DNA of 64,000 nucleotides, from positions 1 to 64,000 of the IMG/VR virus record IMGVR_UViG_3300045012_000066; one strand, given 5' to 3'. The stretch comes from a virus. This document shows positions 48,842 to 59,560 of this stretch, in pieces (within the stretch, counting starts at the first letter, position 1; every line of letters starts with the position of its first letter). Under the pieces are notes generated by a model that worked only from the letters and a program-made list of their open reading frames with translations, did no database searches and had not been told where the DNA came from. Position numbers and translations under genes: made by a program.

Positions 48842-51800
48842 TCAGTCAATTTCGCCGCCTGCCTCGATTGGCCCGCAAATTTTAATTCGCAGCACATGCC
48901 ATTCTTCCGGCGTCATGCAGTCCAGCGGGTGATGGCCGACGGTCATTGCTGAAAGCTTGTAGGCGATAGCGGATGCGTGGCGGTAGTCTTCGCGGGAGTA
49001 AAATGCCTGCACCTCGCGCTCGCGCCTGTCGCGCTCTGCCTGCTTTTGATTGAACTCGGCGATCATGTCCGGGGTTGCGACGATGTAGTGGCTGGCACCG
49101 TGCAGCCCCGGCTCGCGGCCAGTGCCTTTCTCGATCCGCTGACTGCCCATGAAAATGAATTTAGGTGTGACCTTGGTGACCCCGCGCAGAGCGCCCGTCC
49201 ACTTGGACTCGTTCTCGCGGTCAACTCTCATCGGCGCAAGCTGGTCGCCGACCTGTACGTCCTGAAGACTGTGTTTCGCCATTACCCCTCCCGGTAAATT
49301 AACTGAAATCACAGTACAGCATGCTCGGCACCGCAGTGTCAAGTAGTGTCAGGCTTGCTCCTGACCGGGGGTCTTCCATCCCGGCTGGCTGCGAATTTCA
49401 AGTACCTGCTCAATGGTGAGGTTTTCGGCGTCCCAGTTCTTCGCTGCGCAGTACGCGATTGCGAATTCACCGCGTCTGCGCAGGAAGTCGTGTTCTTGCT
49501 GCGTACCGCCTGCGACAGTGACCCCGAAGGGGAGTTTGGTCGCGAGCTTTTCGGTCATCAGGGCTTCTCCTGTAAACAGGTTTTAGGTTGTGACGAGGTC
49601 GGCGTCGAGCAGGGTTACTTTCCGAATGCTGCGCAAAATTAAACTCCTTCCTTCTGCCACGAAACCACAACCGCGACGACCATTGGCTGTAACGGAACGA
49701 ATGCACCTGTGTACGGCGTGAATTGGTTCCACGGCCCGCCAGCGTAGGAAACGATAGGCACCCCTGTGGTCGATGTGGCCCAGCGTGTGGTTGTAACGAC
49801 TGGCTTGTATTCGCAATACTTCTCGCCGATTGGCGCAGCGAGGAAGTCGCAGTCGTGCGGTTGCTTGCCAACGAAAACATTGTCGTAGCGAACCCGGTTG
49901 GGGTTGACGTTGTACTGGATAAAGTAGCGCAACCTGCTGTGCCAAAGATCACCGGGCATCAGGTGTATCAGAGAAAGAGTGACGAGCAGCGAAAATAGCA
50001 TGTAGCCCGCATAGGTCCAGAAAGCCAAGCTAGTCGTGGAGCTTCTCTCTACCGCATCCTCAACTCTTGAGACTGCTTGTTCGATATCGTAAAGATTGGT
50101 CGGCATTTTCTTTATGCTCTCTTCCTCGTCGTTTTCTTCGCATGCGCGACGGCCCAGTTATAGCCGCAGGACGCACCGCAAAAGAGGCTGTCACGAAAGC
50201 GCCCGTAGTCTCCGGTGAACTGCTCCGGGTGCCCTTTTACCCACGCCTCACGCTGCGTGCGGCGGCGACCATCTGCAAGGTCCGGGGGCATCGCCTCGGT
50301 TATAAACTGCGGGTCTAGTTCCTTGGTGCAGTACAGGCAGCGGGGGCGCTGGCCCTTCGGTTTAGGTTTAAGGTTGATGTTTTTGCTGCCTGACTTCATT
50401 GGTTTGCTCCTGTTGTTGAGTTGTTTGGTACGTCATTTAAATTGCACCCTCTTCGTGAAAAGCTGTTTCAGTGCGCCACGCGAGTAACTCTGCGTTGTCG
50501 ATGGTGGGCAGGTTATAGCTGGTGACTAGGTCGCTGTAAATCTCTTTCCCGTTGTCACTCAGGGACTCGAAGCCGTTGAAGGCTAAGGCGGGCTTGAACT
50601 TCAGGCGGTGAAGCTGAACGTGCGTCGCCTCGCTGCGCCTGCGGTTGCTCGGCCTCTCGTGCAGCCAGCCGCCCACGTTGTAATCGCTCTCCAGCGCAGC
50701 GTAAGCCTCGCAGATATCGAATCGGTCAAAATAGGCCATGTTAAAACTCCTTTACCACTGTCAGTTGTTTGCCAGCGTAGAGTGCCGCCGACTCCGACCC
50801 TAGCTCGTGCCACTCGATAGCGCCGGTCAGTCCGCGCAGGAGGTACATCTTCGCGGGCCGCTCGTCAGCACCCTGTAATGGCATCGCCTTCACGTCATCG
50901 CCGCGATACGTCGGTTTCGTTCCATTCAGAAACGGGCAGAGGTTGATCGATAGCTCCGCGCACTTCTCATGCATGGGACCATCGGCGAAGTAGTGCGAGT
51001 CCGCGCTGGCCTTCCCGCCGACCCAGTAGCAGGACAGCTTGAGCTTGGTGCCGCAGACGGAGCAGAGCTTGTACCGGTAGTGTTGAACGTAGGTCTCCCC
51101 GTCGATCTGCCGGAAGTCCGGCTTGCCGTCGATCCACTTCACGACCACCGGGACCGGCATTCCTGCAAACGTCTTTAGGCGTGCGATGGCTCGCGTGATA
51201 GGGCACTTGCTCATTGATGCTCCGTGTACCAGCGATCCATAAAGGCCAGCACTCGCTCGATCAGACTCATTGAATCACTCCTGTGTCTTCGTGGTTGGAA
51301 ACGCTGGAACCACAGAGCCGACAGTGAATCGTCGGCCCGGAGATGACGCAGCGCTCACCTACCCAGATATCGCGTCCGCAGGTGTTACAGTCCCGCGCCG
51401 CCGTGCATTCCGTCCAGTACGGCACAGCGGAAGTAGGCGGTTGGATCAATCCCGTTCTATGGTGATAGCCAAGCCAGTTCACGCCTATGCCTCCTCAACT
51501 TCCCGCAGAAACGCTGTGCTGTAAGCCAGAAAGGTAACGATGCGCCCGTCCTTAAGGTTGCGTGCCTTGCCTCCGTGGTGTGCGTCAACGGTAAGGCGCG
51601 TCCAAGGCTCCAAGTTGGCTTCCTTGTTGAGCGGCAGGTTTGTGCGCAGCACGATTGGCTCGCCGGGGGCAGGGGATAAGAACGCTCTGCCCACGGGAAT
51701 ATTTTTAAATAGCGGCAGCTTCGCCTCGCGACGCGCCCTCTCCTCTTTGCTTAACTTCGGCATGTCAGTGTTTCCCTCCGCAGCGGCAATGCTCCCGCGC

Positions 51801-53106
51801 TACCTCGTCCCACTTGTCGGAGACGGCCAGACGGTCGATGTTGTAAATAAATCCGTGGCTCCGTACCATGCGATCTGACTGCGCCCAGTAGCCCAGCTTC
51901 TTCATGCCGCGCACGCTGCCGGTCTTGTCGATGTTCGGGTGGCAGGTGTGCCCGCATCCGGCGCTGCCGTTCTCGACCCATGCGAGTCCGGTGCGCTCGT
52001 CGAAGTGAAGCTCGATGTATGGCGCAAGCTGCTTTACGAAAGTCTTCTTGTGCTTCTTCGCCTCGATATCCTCTCCCAGCGCTTGGCGGTTGCCCTTCTC
52101 GAATTTGGCACGTAGCCGTGCAGGCACATTCACGCGGTCGTCGATGTAGTAGCCCTCTCCGCGCTTCCAGTGGTCCTCGGTTGCGGATGCAAGGAAGAGG
52201 CAATTGCGATTGCGGAGCCTCGTCAAAACGTCTTTCTGTAACTCGGTCAATTCGTTCGGCATTTAAATTTTTCTCCAGTAGCCATACACGCAGCGGTTGC
52301 CGTTGCGGGACGGGTCATAGGTGTCGTAGATGATGCCGTCGATGACGGCTGTAACGTGACGGCTGACGTTGACCACCAGTCGTCCCATAGGAAGCTCGCC
52401 AGCCCGAAGGTGGACTTTGCAGCCTTGGCCGATGTGCATCGTCGGAATCCACTCAAAGCCCAGCGACGCTATGTAGTTTTTGAACCACTGCCGCTTGATG
52501 TGGATGCCGCGCTCGGCGGATGCCACCCGCTTCGGAGTGTGCTTGGTACGCCTCTGCGCTCCGGTGCCTTCGGCCAGAGCCTGATGAATCTCGGCGTAGG
52601 GCATACCGCTGGCAATGGCGATGGCTCGCGTGGTGCAGTCCCAAGCTTTGTCGTAGTATCCGGCAGCGCGTCGCCCGCCGTCGTGGCGGACCCACGGCAG
52701 AGTGCGCGGCTGGACCCGGAACCCGTAGATAATTTCGTGGCTCAAAACTCAACCCCTCCCGGTTAGTTTTTAAAGTTACGACAATGTTAGCGTACACACG
52801 CGTACACGTCAAGCGCGGAATTTATTTCGGCCAGCGCAGCCACGATATGAAGACGAACACTAGCACGCTGGCGACCCACCAAAGGAAATACTGGCGTGCC
52901 TTTTTCGGCTCCTTCTTTACGGCCCAGTAGATACTGCAAGGCAGCAAACACATGGCGGCGATCAGGGCATAGGTCTGGCTGACAAAAATCAGAAACAGAA
53001 CGACTACGGCGATCCCTAGAAAGCCAAGGATGAGAACATCAAGACCGGCATCGCAAAGCAGGATGAATGCGGCGATGCCCATGAGAATAAGTGCGATAGT
53101 ACCCAT
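48842..53106 (-). other. run of small hypothetical CDS (48842-~49281, 49349-49558, 49639-50106, 50112-50399, 50437-50739, 51267-51482, 51485-51763, 51765-52262, 52263-52745, 52822-53106)
   Basis: Co-oriented ORFs with recurring leader motifs. Confidence 0.55.
50741..51214 (-). CDS. paralog of the 23867-24553 Cys/His protein
   Basis: PVPVVVKWIDGKPDFR, CSVCG, GPMHEKCA, CPFL. Confidence 0.7.
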   Translation of the reverse strand: MSKCPITRAIARLKTFAGMPVPVVVKWIDGKPDFRQIDGETYVQHYRYKLCSVCGTKLKLSCYWVGGKASADSHYFADGPMHEKCAELSINLCPFLNGTKPTYRGDDVKAMPLQGADERPAKMYLLRGLTGAIEWHELGSESAALYAGKQLTVVKEF

Positions 53107-53738
53107 TAGACTGAAACCTCTTTTCCTGTAATTCGTTCGCGCATCAGGCGCATGATCTTCAAATACGCTTCCGGTCTGCCAGCATACTCTTCGCGCCAGT
53201 TCTTTCCGGTCGTGTAGCTATCGTCCCGCAACCGCCTGTAACTCACCAGACACTCACCGACCTTGACTCCCGTCCGCTGGCCCTTCGACTTCGCAAAGAA
53301 GCTGGAGCCGGGATGACCGCATAGCAGGGCAGGGAGCAGGATGCCTTTCTGTTCGCGCTGTGCCTGTTGCAGGGAAGCGTCTACCAGCACGCCATTCACG
53401 TTGAGTACCAGATGCCCGCCAAAGCTGTTCGGTTTAAGCTGCCCATTCTCCGGTGGAACGATGCCGACTCCCCACGCGCCGTGCTGGTTGAAGAGCGCCA
53501 TGCGCTCGTCATGATCCTCGGGCAGCGGTCCTTGTTCCACCAGCTTCTGCATGGGACCATTGAGGACTTGGACGGTCACTGCGACCGCACGCGCCTTGTA
53601 GCCATACTCCGCGAAGACAGCCTGTAGTATCTTGCAGGTCGCAACGCAGCAGTCAGGCCGAAAATACTCCAGCATGGTCTTGCGCACCACGGGCAGCATG
53701 ACGTTGAGCAAGGTCGGCAGTGGAATTTTATTTGCCAT
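53106..53738 (-). CDS. hypothetical protein, possible C-H-D protease/transglutaminase fold
   Basis: DCCVATC ... GGHLVL ... VDAS. Confidence 0.45.
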   Translation of the reverse strand: MANKIPLPTLLNVMLPVVRKTMLEYFRPDCCVATCKILQAVFAEYGYKARAVAVTVQVLNGPMQKLVEQGPLPEDHDERMALFNQHGAWGVGIVPPENGQLKPNSFGGHLVLNVNGVLVDASLQQAQREQKGILLPALLCGHPGSSFFAKSKGQRTGVKVGECLVSYRRLRDDSYTTGKNWREEYAGRPEAYLKIMRLMRERITGKEVSV

Positions 53739-53842
53739 CTCTCCCTAAAACCTCTTTTCCTGTAAGCTTCCGGTTTTTCAAATTCAAATGCATTCCCCGG
53801 TTCGGTAAAATAATTAACCAAACCGGGAAGACTGACAGGGGT

Positions 53843-53901
53843 TGGTGGACCGGACGGGATTTGAACCCGCAAAGCGCTCACCCTACCACGGGTTCCGGCC
53901 C
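53843..53901 (-). ncRNA. 59-nt tRNA mimic lacking the anticodon arm, with Ala identity (G3.U70, A73, CCA)
   Basis: GGGCCGG/CCGGTCC acceptor, CCC-gtggta-GGG D arm, 10-nt linker, GCGGG-TTCAAAT-CCCGT T arm, ACCA. Confidence 0.7.
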
Positions 53902-53910
53902 ACATTTGGT

Positions 53911-54519
53911 TTACTTGGTGGCCTCTAATGCAGCCGATGTGAACTTGGACTGATCGAGTGCCATGTCGCCCACAGTGTACGCGGTAAGCTCCGTCCCTGA
54001 AGGGATCGTGATGTCCTTGCCGTGCATCATGAGGAACAGGGCAGAGCCGCCCAGCGTGAAAATTGCCGTTGCCGCCATCGCGCCGATCATGGCTCCCGTG
54101 TGTCCGCCGCCTTTGCCTCCGGTGGTTGCCGCAAGGTCGTCGCGCTCGCCGTCCGTTAGACGAACGTAGTTGAGGGTGACATCCAGCTTGCCGCCCCGGC
54201 CAGCCCACTTCTTGCCCTCGTGCTCGTTGATAGTGCCCAGAGCCTTGGTGCCCTTGGCGATCACCACGATGCCATTGACGGTGACATCCTCGACGACATC
54301 GAAAGATATCTTCTCGCCCACGTAATCGTGAAACGCGTTTGAGGATGATATGGCTTGCGCGATCCTCAGCTTTACAGGCGTTCCGTCCACCAGTATGAAC
54401 GGCTTTGCTGCCGGTGCTGTCTGTGCGGGTGTATGGTTAGCCTCGACCGCTTGCTGCTGGCCGAAGACCGTAGGAGTTATCAAGGCAGATATGGTTGCAA
54501 TTGCTAAAAACTTTCTCAT
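53911..54519 (-). CDS. secreted beta-rich protein with Gly-zipper
   Basis: Signal peptide MRKFLAIAT..., LVDGTPVKLRI, V.V.GIVVIAKGT.A.G.I, GRGGKL, I.IPSGTE. Confidence 0.7.
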   Translation of the reverse strand: MRKFLAIATISALITPTVFGQQQAVEANHTPAQTAPAAKPFILVDGTPVKLRIAQAISSSNAFHDYVGEKISFDVVEDVTVNGIVVIAKGTKALGTINEHEGKKWAGRGGKLDVTLNYVRLTDGERDDLAATTGGKGGGHTGAMIGAMAATAIFTLGGSALFLMMHGKDITIPSGTELTAYTVGDMALDQSKFTSAALEATK

Positions 54520-54604
54520 CGTTCTCTTTCCTGTAATTTTATTTACTGCAACTCCGCAGTCGGTTGGGGTTATTTCAACGGGGGGCGGCACTCGATCTTC
54601 TCTC

Positions 54605-55713
54605 TTAAACCTGTTTATGTGTGAATGATGTTGTTTGCTGTGCTGCCAAGGTGCAGCCGGGATGATGGCCAAGCTCCAGCGGGTTTTGCCCGCAATGGAC
54701 GCAGAGTGATTCGCGCCGTCTCTTTATACGTGAGCCAATGAAGCTAATGCCGCCGCCGACCAGCCCGCAGAGGACAGCGGTCACCAGTATCGGATGCTCC
54801 GGGCTGATTGCGTGAGCCAGCCCGAACTGGCGGGACGCCGTGGCCGTGAGCGCACCGGCAATCATACTTAAAAAGCTCCAGCCATCCCGCTGCGCCTTGG
54901 TCGGTTGTGGGGTCGTTGGGGTGGAATCTATATCAGTCAAAAAATCTCTCCTTGGTAGGAACGTGTTTATGTGTGGGTGTAGCCGTCCGGTTCGATACCG
55001 ACAAACATGCCGCACCAGTTAATCCCGGCGTAGCGGTCAGAGCCGATGCCGCTTTCCTGCACGCGGGTAAAGAACTCGTGACGGTTGCGTGAGCCATCCG
55101 GGCTGCGCTTGTACAGCGCATTGATAGCCTCGACCTGCTTGGGTGTCATCCACTCAGGAATGACGATATGCGGTTCACCGCGCACCAGCCGTTCGTCGCG
55201 ATCCTGTGAGCCAGCGGAATAGCCCTCAAAGTATGCCTCACGGTTGGACACGCCACGGGTGTCAGGCATCTCTGAATCGGAGCCGTGACGATATCCCAGC
55301 GCGTAATTCTCGGTCTTGGTCATGACTTTCTATTCCTCCGGTTTCGTATAAATTGGTTTAGCGTTGAGGTCCATGAAGAAGACTGCATCGCATTCGTCAC
55401 AGGCTCGCAGTGCTTGCGCCGGGACGCCTTCGGCTGGCTTCGTATGCACCCACTTGCCACACTCAGGGCAAAGCAGGAACTCTCGCTGCGCGTCGCGTTC
55501 AAGGTCGGATGCTGATTGGGGACACACGCCGTTGGTGTGATCTGTGAATGGTTGGCCGCAGTTGCGGCAGCGGTCTGGCACGTCGTATCCGGCGTTGCCG
55601 CGCTGATGTTCCTTGGGATCGAGCGGTTCAAAGTGGGTCATTGCCTCTCCTGTAAACGTCTTTGTGTGAGGGTCAGATTTCAAAGTGGCCGGTGGTTGCC
55701 GACCACTTTTCAT
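54605..55713 (-). other. small hypothetical CDS (e.g. 54967-55323, part of 55330-55713)
   Basis: Short ORFs with leader motifs. Confidence 0.4.
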
Positions 55714-55725
55714 CCGGGGTAGTTC

Positions 55726-56700
55726 TTAGGCCGCTTTCTGCGGGCGGGGGACAAGTACCCGGTACGCCTTGTGTGCGGCGACCAGCTTCTTCTCCGTGTC
55801 TGCGGTGGCGTTCTCCAGCCACGCATCGAGTGCGCGGGCTACAGTCTCAGCCGCCTCATAGACGGAGCTTGTCACCTTCGGTACAGGAGCGGCAGCAGGG
55901 GCAGGAGTATGGGTGGGTTTCTTGCCAGCCTTCCTGTCCTGTGAGGCTTGGACCTGAGCCTTCGCCCTCTCCGCCGTCTTGCCCTTACCCTTGGCGAGGA
56001 CAGCGGCGACCTTGACGCGCTTCTTGCCCTTCACCACGCTCGCGCTCTCAGCGATGATCTTGCGCTGCTCGTCCTTGCTCACCTTCGCCAGTTGCTTCGC
56101 AGTGGTGACCTTGATTTCGCCCTTGGTGACGGCTTCCTGTGCTTCGACGGCCAACTCTGCCAGTGCAGCGCGATCCTTGACCCACTTTGCAGCGTTCGCC
56201 CTCTTTTCGCCCTGCTTCGCCTCGGGGAAATAGATAAATGCAATCTCTTCGTCGGACTTCTTGAAGCGTTTGCGCAGCAGAGTGATATTCCAGCAGTCGT
56301 CCATTGGCGAGGTGCCTACGCGGAAGCGGTTCTCGCTGATGGCGGTGATGAGAGCCTCTTCCTCGGACAGAGTCTCGTAGATACCCTCGACCTTAAGAAG
56401 CTGCTCTTCGGAGGTTCCCTTGGCGCGGAGCTTCTTATTAATCAGGTTGATGGCATGGTAGCGGCAGTAGCCGAAAACCAGAACGGGCTGACCCGCATCG
56501 TTCTTGCGGAACTTGACCGGCGTGTCCTGACCTTTAGCCTGAATGTCTGCGGCCAGAGCTTCAACAGCAGCCTTGACATCAGGGTTGTCGCGCTCGTAAC
56601 GCCCATTTAGCTGGGGGTCGAGGACAATGTTTTCGGGGTAGTCGGCAACGACCAGCGTGCTAGTGCGCTTAGTCGTCTCGTTAGAAAAGCTTACGTTCAT
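55726..56700 (-). CDS. ParB/Srx N-terminal-domain protein with HTH
   Basis: LAADIQAKGQDTPV...LVFGYCRYHA (GxxR variant), ISENRFR...SPMD, HTH region, Lys/Ala tail. Confidence 0.75.
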   Translation of the reverse strand: MNVSFSNETTKRTSTLVVADYPENIVLDPQLNGRYERDNPDVKAAVEALAADIQAKGQDTPVKFRKNDAGQPVLVFGYCRYHAINLINKKLRAKGTSEEQLLKVEGIYETLSEEEALITAISENRFRVGTSPMDDCWNITLLRKRFKKSDEEIAFIYFPEAKQGEKRANAAKWVKDRAALAELAVEAQEAVTKGEIKVTTAKQLAKVSKDEQRKIIAESASVVKGKKRVKVAAVLAKGKGKTAERAKAQVQASQDRKAGKKPTHTPAPAAAPVPKVTSSVYEAAETVARALDAWLENATADTEKKLVAAHKAYRVLVPRPQKAA

Positions 56701-56783
56701 TTTTTAAATTTCCTCCCGTGTGATGTTTCGTGAATGCGAGCATCTAACCTCCCTGAGTCAGATGCAGTTTCGTCGTTAGAGTC

Positions 56784-56930
56784 AGCTTATTTCCTCGGTA
56801 CTGCGGTGTCAAGCAGAATCTTGGAAATTCCCTAACTATTTTCTTCTCATGTAAAGAGTTATAGGTGAGATGTCGAGTCTCACCAAAACATGTTTTTGTA
56901 AGGTTTTTCGGTACTGCCGTGTCAGCGGGG
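56784..56930 (-). promoter_or_regulatory. tandem promoters with AGTACCGA box
   Basis: TTGACA-ccgcAGTACCGAggaaa-TAAGCT and CTGACA-cggcAGTACCGAaaaacc. Confidence 0.65.
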
Positions 56931-56999
56931 GGAAATTCTCGGCAAGCCAGAAGCGCAGGATAGGCGCAGGATGGACTGATATTTATTTCGACCTCTCGA

Positions 57000-58754
57000 T
57001 TATGAAGCTGTCTTAACCAAATGCATCCCTAGTTTTGTCCGCGTCTCTAGGAACTCAAGCAGGGAAACCTGAGACTCAGGCTTCATAATAACCGCTTCCT
57101 GCGTGGCGTAATCAAAGACGTAGTATGCACCGTCGCCCGCTTTGGCCACTTCGGCGCGGATGCGGCGGGTGGCTGCGTCAGTACATTTGATCTGCATCCC
57201 GCCGTCGCTCCGACGTAAGCCCACCCTAAAGCGTTTAACCGGCAAGTCTTTGGCGACAAGCACGTCGGCTAGGTCGGTAATGATGCAGGCAGGTGATGTA
57301 CCCGTCCACCATGCGGGCTTAGGACAGGGTTCGCCCTCGGCAGTGAGTGCAGGTGTGGTTACCGTGCGGGCCGGGTCGGCTAGGTTGGCGGACTGCCAGA
57401 TGGCGATGCCGCCCCTGTCGCGTATCCACTCGGTTACCTGTATCGCATTCTCAGGCGATGTGATGTACGGCTTTAAATTCATTCACTCCCCCTGTACTGC
57501 GTCGAAGATGCGAGCGCCAGCGAACAGGACGATGGCTGCGATGATGCCAGCGATCCACCCAAGGTGTATCCAGACAAGAACTATCACGGCGATGATTGCC
57601 GCCCAGATTAACCAAACCATTTTATGCGCCACCTCTCTGCGGCTGAACTGGCGACCGCCAGTCAGTGACGTTGGCCTTGTACAGGCGGTCGAACTCGGAG
57701 CGATCCTCGTCGGTTAGCTCGGTGCGGTACTCGCTCAGGTTGCGCTCTAGATCGTCGGCGCTGCCGATGAATGCGCCTCCGCCGTCTGACATGGTTGAGG
57801 CTGCGGTGACGAAGCCGTCAGACGTAATGCTCAGGCCGTACAGTTTGCCGCTGCGCCCGTCGCGTACTCCGTAGTCATGACCGATGATTGCGCCCACGAT
57901 GGCGACCAGCTTGGGGCTGAAGTTGAACTTGCTCGGATTGATGCGATCTGCGAAGTCGATGACTCCCGTTTCGTTTCCCATTGCGATTCTCCTGTAAATA
58001 GGTTTTACGGTTGCTGCGTGGCCGGGATTTAGTCGGCCACGGGGTTAGGTGGGGCGAGTGATACCAGACCTGCCGTAGATGACCACTGGTAATTCACAGG
58101 CTCGGCGGACTCAACGACTTGGTAGCCCTCGGCTAGCGTCCATGCTGCCACCTTGTTGCGGCCATAGGACTCAGCTTCCTCGCGGGTCGCCAGTGCAATG
58201 CCGTTCTGGTAATACTTCGGGTCGTCGTAGACTTTGATTGCTGCTTTGAAGCTCATGTTTAAAATTTCCTCCCGGTTGATTTCGTGTAAACAGGTTTAGG
58301 TGTGGGTAGCTTTGATCCGCCAGCTTGCGATCTTGCGACGGCGAACCTCACTTGCGCTGGATGGCACACGCTGCCGCACATCCAAGTGATATACGTATGG
58401 CTCGGACTCCAATTCTTGTTTCAGACTCGCGTACTCTTCAGGCTTCGCCAGTGTGGTGCGGTAGATGATGTCAAGGTTCGCTGCGCCATGCCCTCCAAGG
58501 TGCTCGTAGCTGTCGCAGTCATATGCATTGGTGCCGGGGTCGCAAGGGAACAGGGCGAAGACATCGCCACCCTCGGACTTCGGCCACTTGCGGAAGATGA
58601 CTTGCGTCTTGCACAGCGCGAACCATAGGCCAGTGGGGCCGATGACTACGGTGTGGTTGTGCTCGTCCTGAAGGCACTCTTCGCAGTAGTTAAACTCAAA
58701 CGTTTTCCGCAAGAACTCTTTTGCGGAGATGCCGCTCGCGTCTTTGATTTCCAT
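57000..58754 (-). other. small hypothetical CDS (57000-57482, 57622-57981, 58029-58256, 58296-58754)
   Basis: Co-oriented ORFs with shared leaders. Confidence 0.6.
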
Positions 58755-58924
58755 TTCCCCTCCCGGAAACGTGTTTGTGTGAACTAGGTTGGGACATGCC
58801 GGAATCGAACCGGGATGTTACTAGCACCATGAGTACCTCCAACGGGGCCGCTTACCTAACCAGCTTGACCTAGTAAGCCCACTGGCAATTCGGCGGGTTC
58901 CCGCAGTACACATGCCCCATAAAA

Positions 58925-59100
58925 AGCTTGCGCTTTCGGATGCCCATCGATGATTCCTGCGACTGCGCTTGTCCGCAGGACAATCAAGATACTCGCGGCT
59001 GCGTCCAGCCGCACTAGATTTCCACCCAGCCCCGCTACACCCGGTAGGGTGCTGTTTCACGAGGGTAGTACCTGACGGGCATCCGAAAGAGCAATGCTCT
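58925..59100 (-). ncRNA. orphan structured RNA
   Basis: Perfect 13-bp closing helix 58933-58945/59077-59089, two 7-bp internal hairpins, promoter directly upstream. Confidence 0.55.
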
Positions 59101-59106
59101 TCCTTG

Positions 59107-59146
59107 AAGATACTTACTCGGTACTACGGTGTCAAGCAGTACCGGG
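59107..59146 (-). promoter_or_regulatory. promoter TTGACA-17-TATCTT with inverted AGTACCG boxes around the -35
   Basis: cggtactgcTTGACAccgtAGTACCGAgtaagTATCTT. Confidence 0.75.
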
Positions 59147-59500
59147 TAATTTAAATTTACGTCCCTCGGCCTCCTCAATGGCCTCGACGGGCAGGGGAAC
59201 CTCGATCCATCCAACCGGGGCGCACGCATAGGCCGTCTTGCTGTTGAGGACAATCACGTCGCCAACGCTCATGCTGCGGTTGCGGTAGTCGGCAGGGTGA
59301 CCGATGTTGAATGTCTCAAACAGTCGATTGCAAGCGTCGCGCTCCTCAAAGCGTTCGCGGCCTTCCTGCGTCTCGCGCATATGCGCTGCCAGTTCGCTGT
59401 CAGGCTCGACCTCGCCAGCATACGCAAGCTCCAGCGTGTCGCCCTCCCGGTAGCCGCTGAAAAAGTCTGTCTGCGTGTTCACGAAGAACAGGTACTTCAT
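59132..59500 (-). CDS. YodL-like domain protein
   Basis: FETFNIGHPADYRNRSMSVGDVIVL...AYAC...GW. Confidence 0.7.
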   Translation of the reverse strand: MKYLFFVNTQTDFFSGYREGDTLELAYAGEVEPDSELAAHMRETQEGRERFEERDACNRLFETFNIGHPADYRNRSMSVGDVIVLNSKTAYACAPVGWIEVPLPVEAIEEAEGRKFKLPGTA

Positions 59501-59560
59501 TTCGATCTCTCCCATGTAAACCAGTTTCAGTGTGGCGGGGGAGACTCGCTCCCCCGTGTT

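Noticed and set aside
56740-56790. Hammerhead ribozyme (CTGA and GACGAAAC on the minus strand)
   Set aside because: No CUGANGA core and no three-stem arrangement.
58787-58902. tmRNA or true tRNA
   Set aside because: Only a 4-bp T stem, a poorly paired acceptor, no CCA, no anticodon arm and no tag frame. Kept only as part of the orphan RNA finding.
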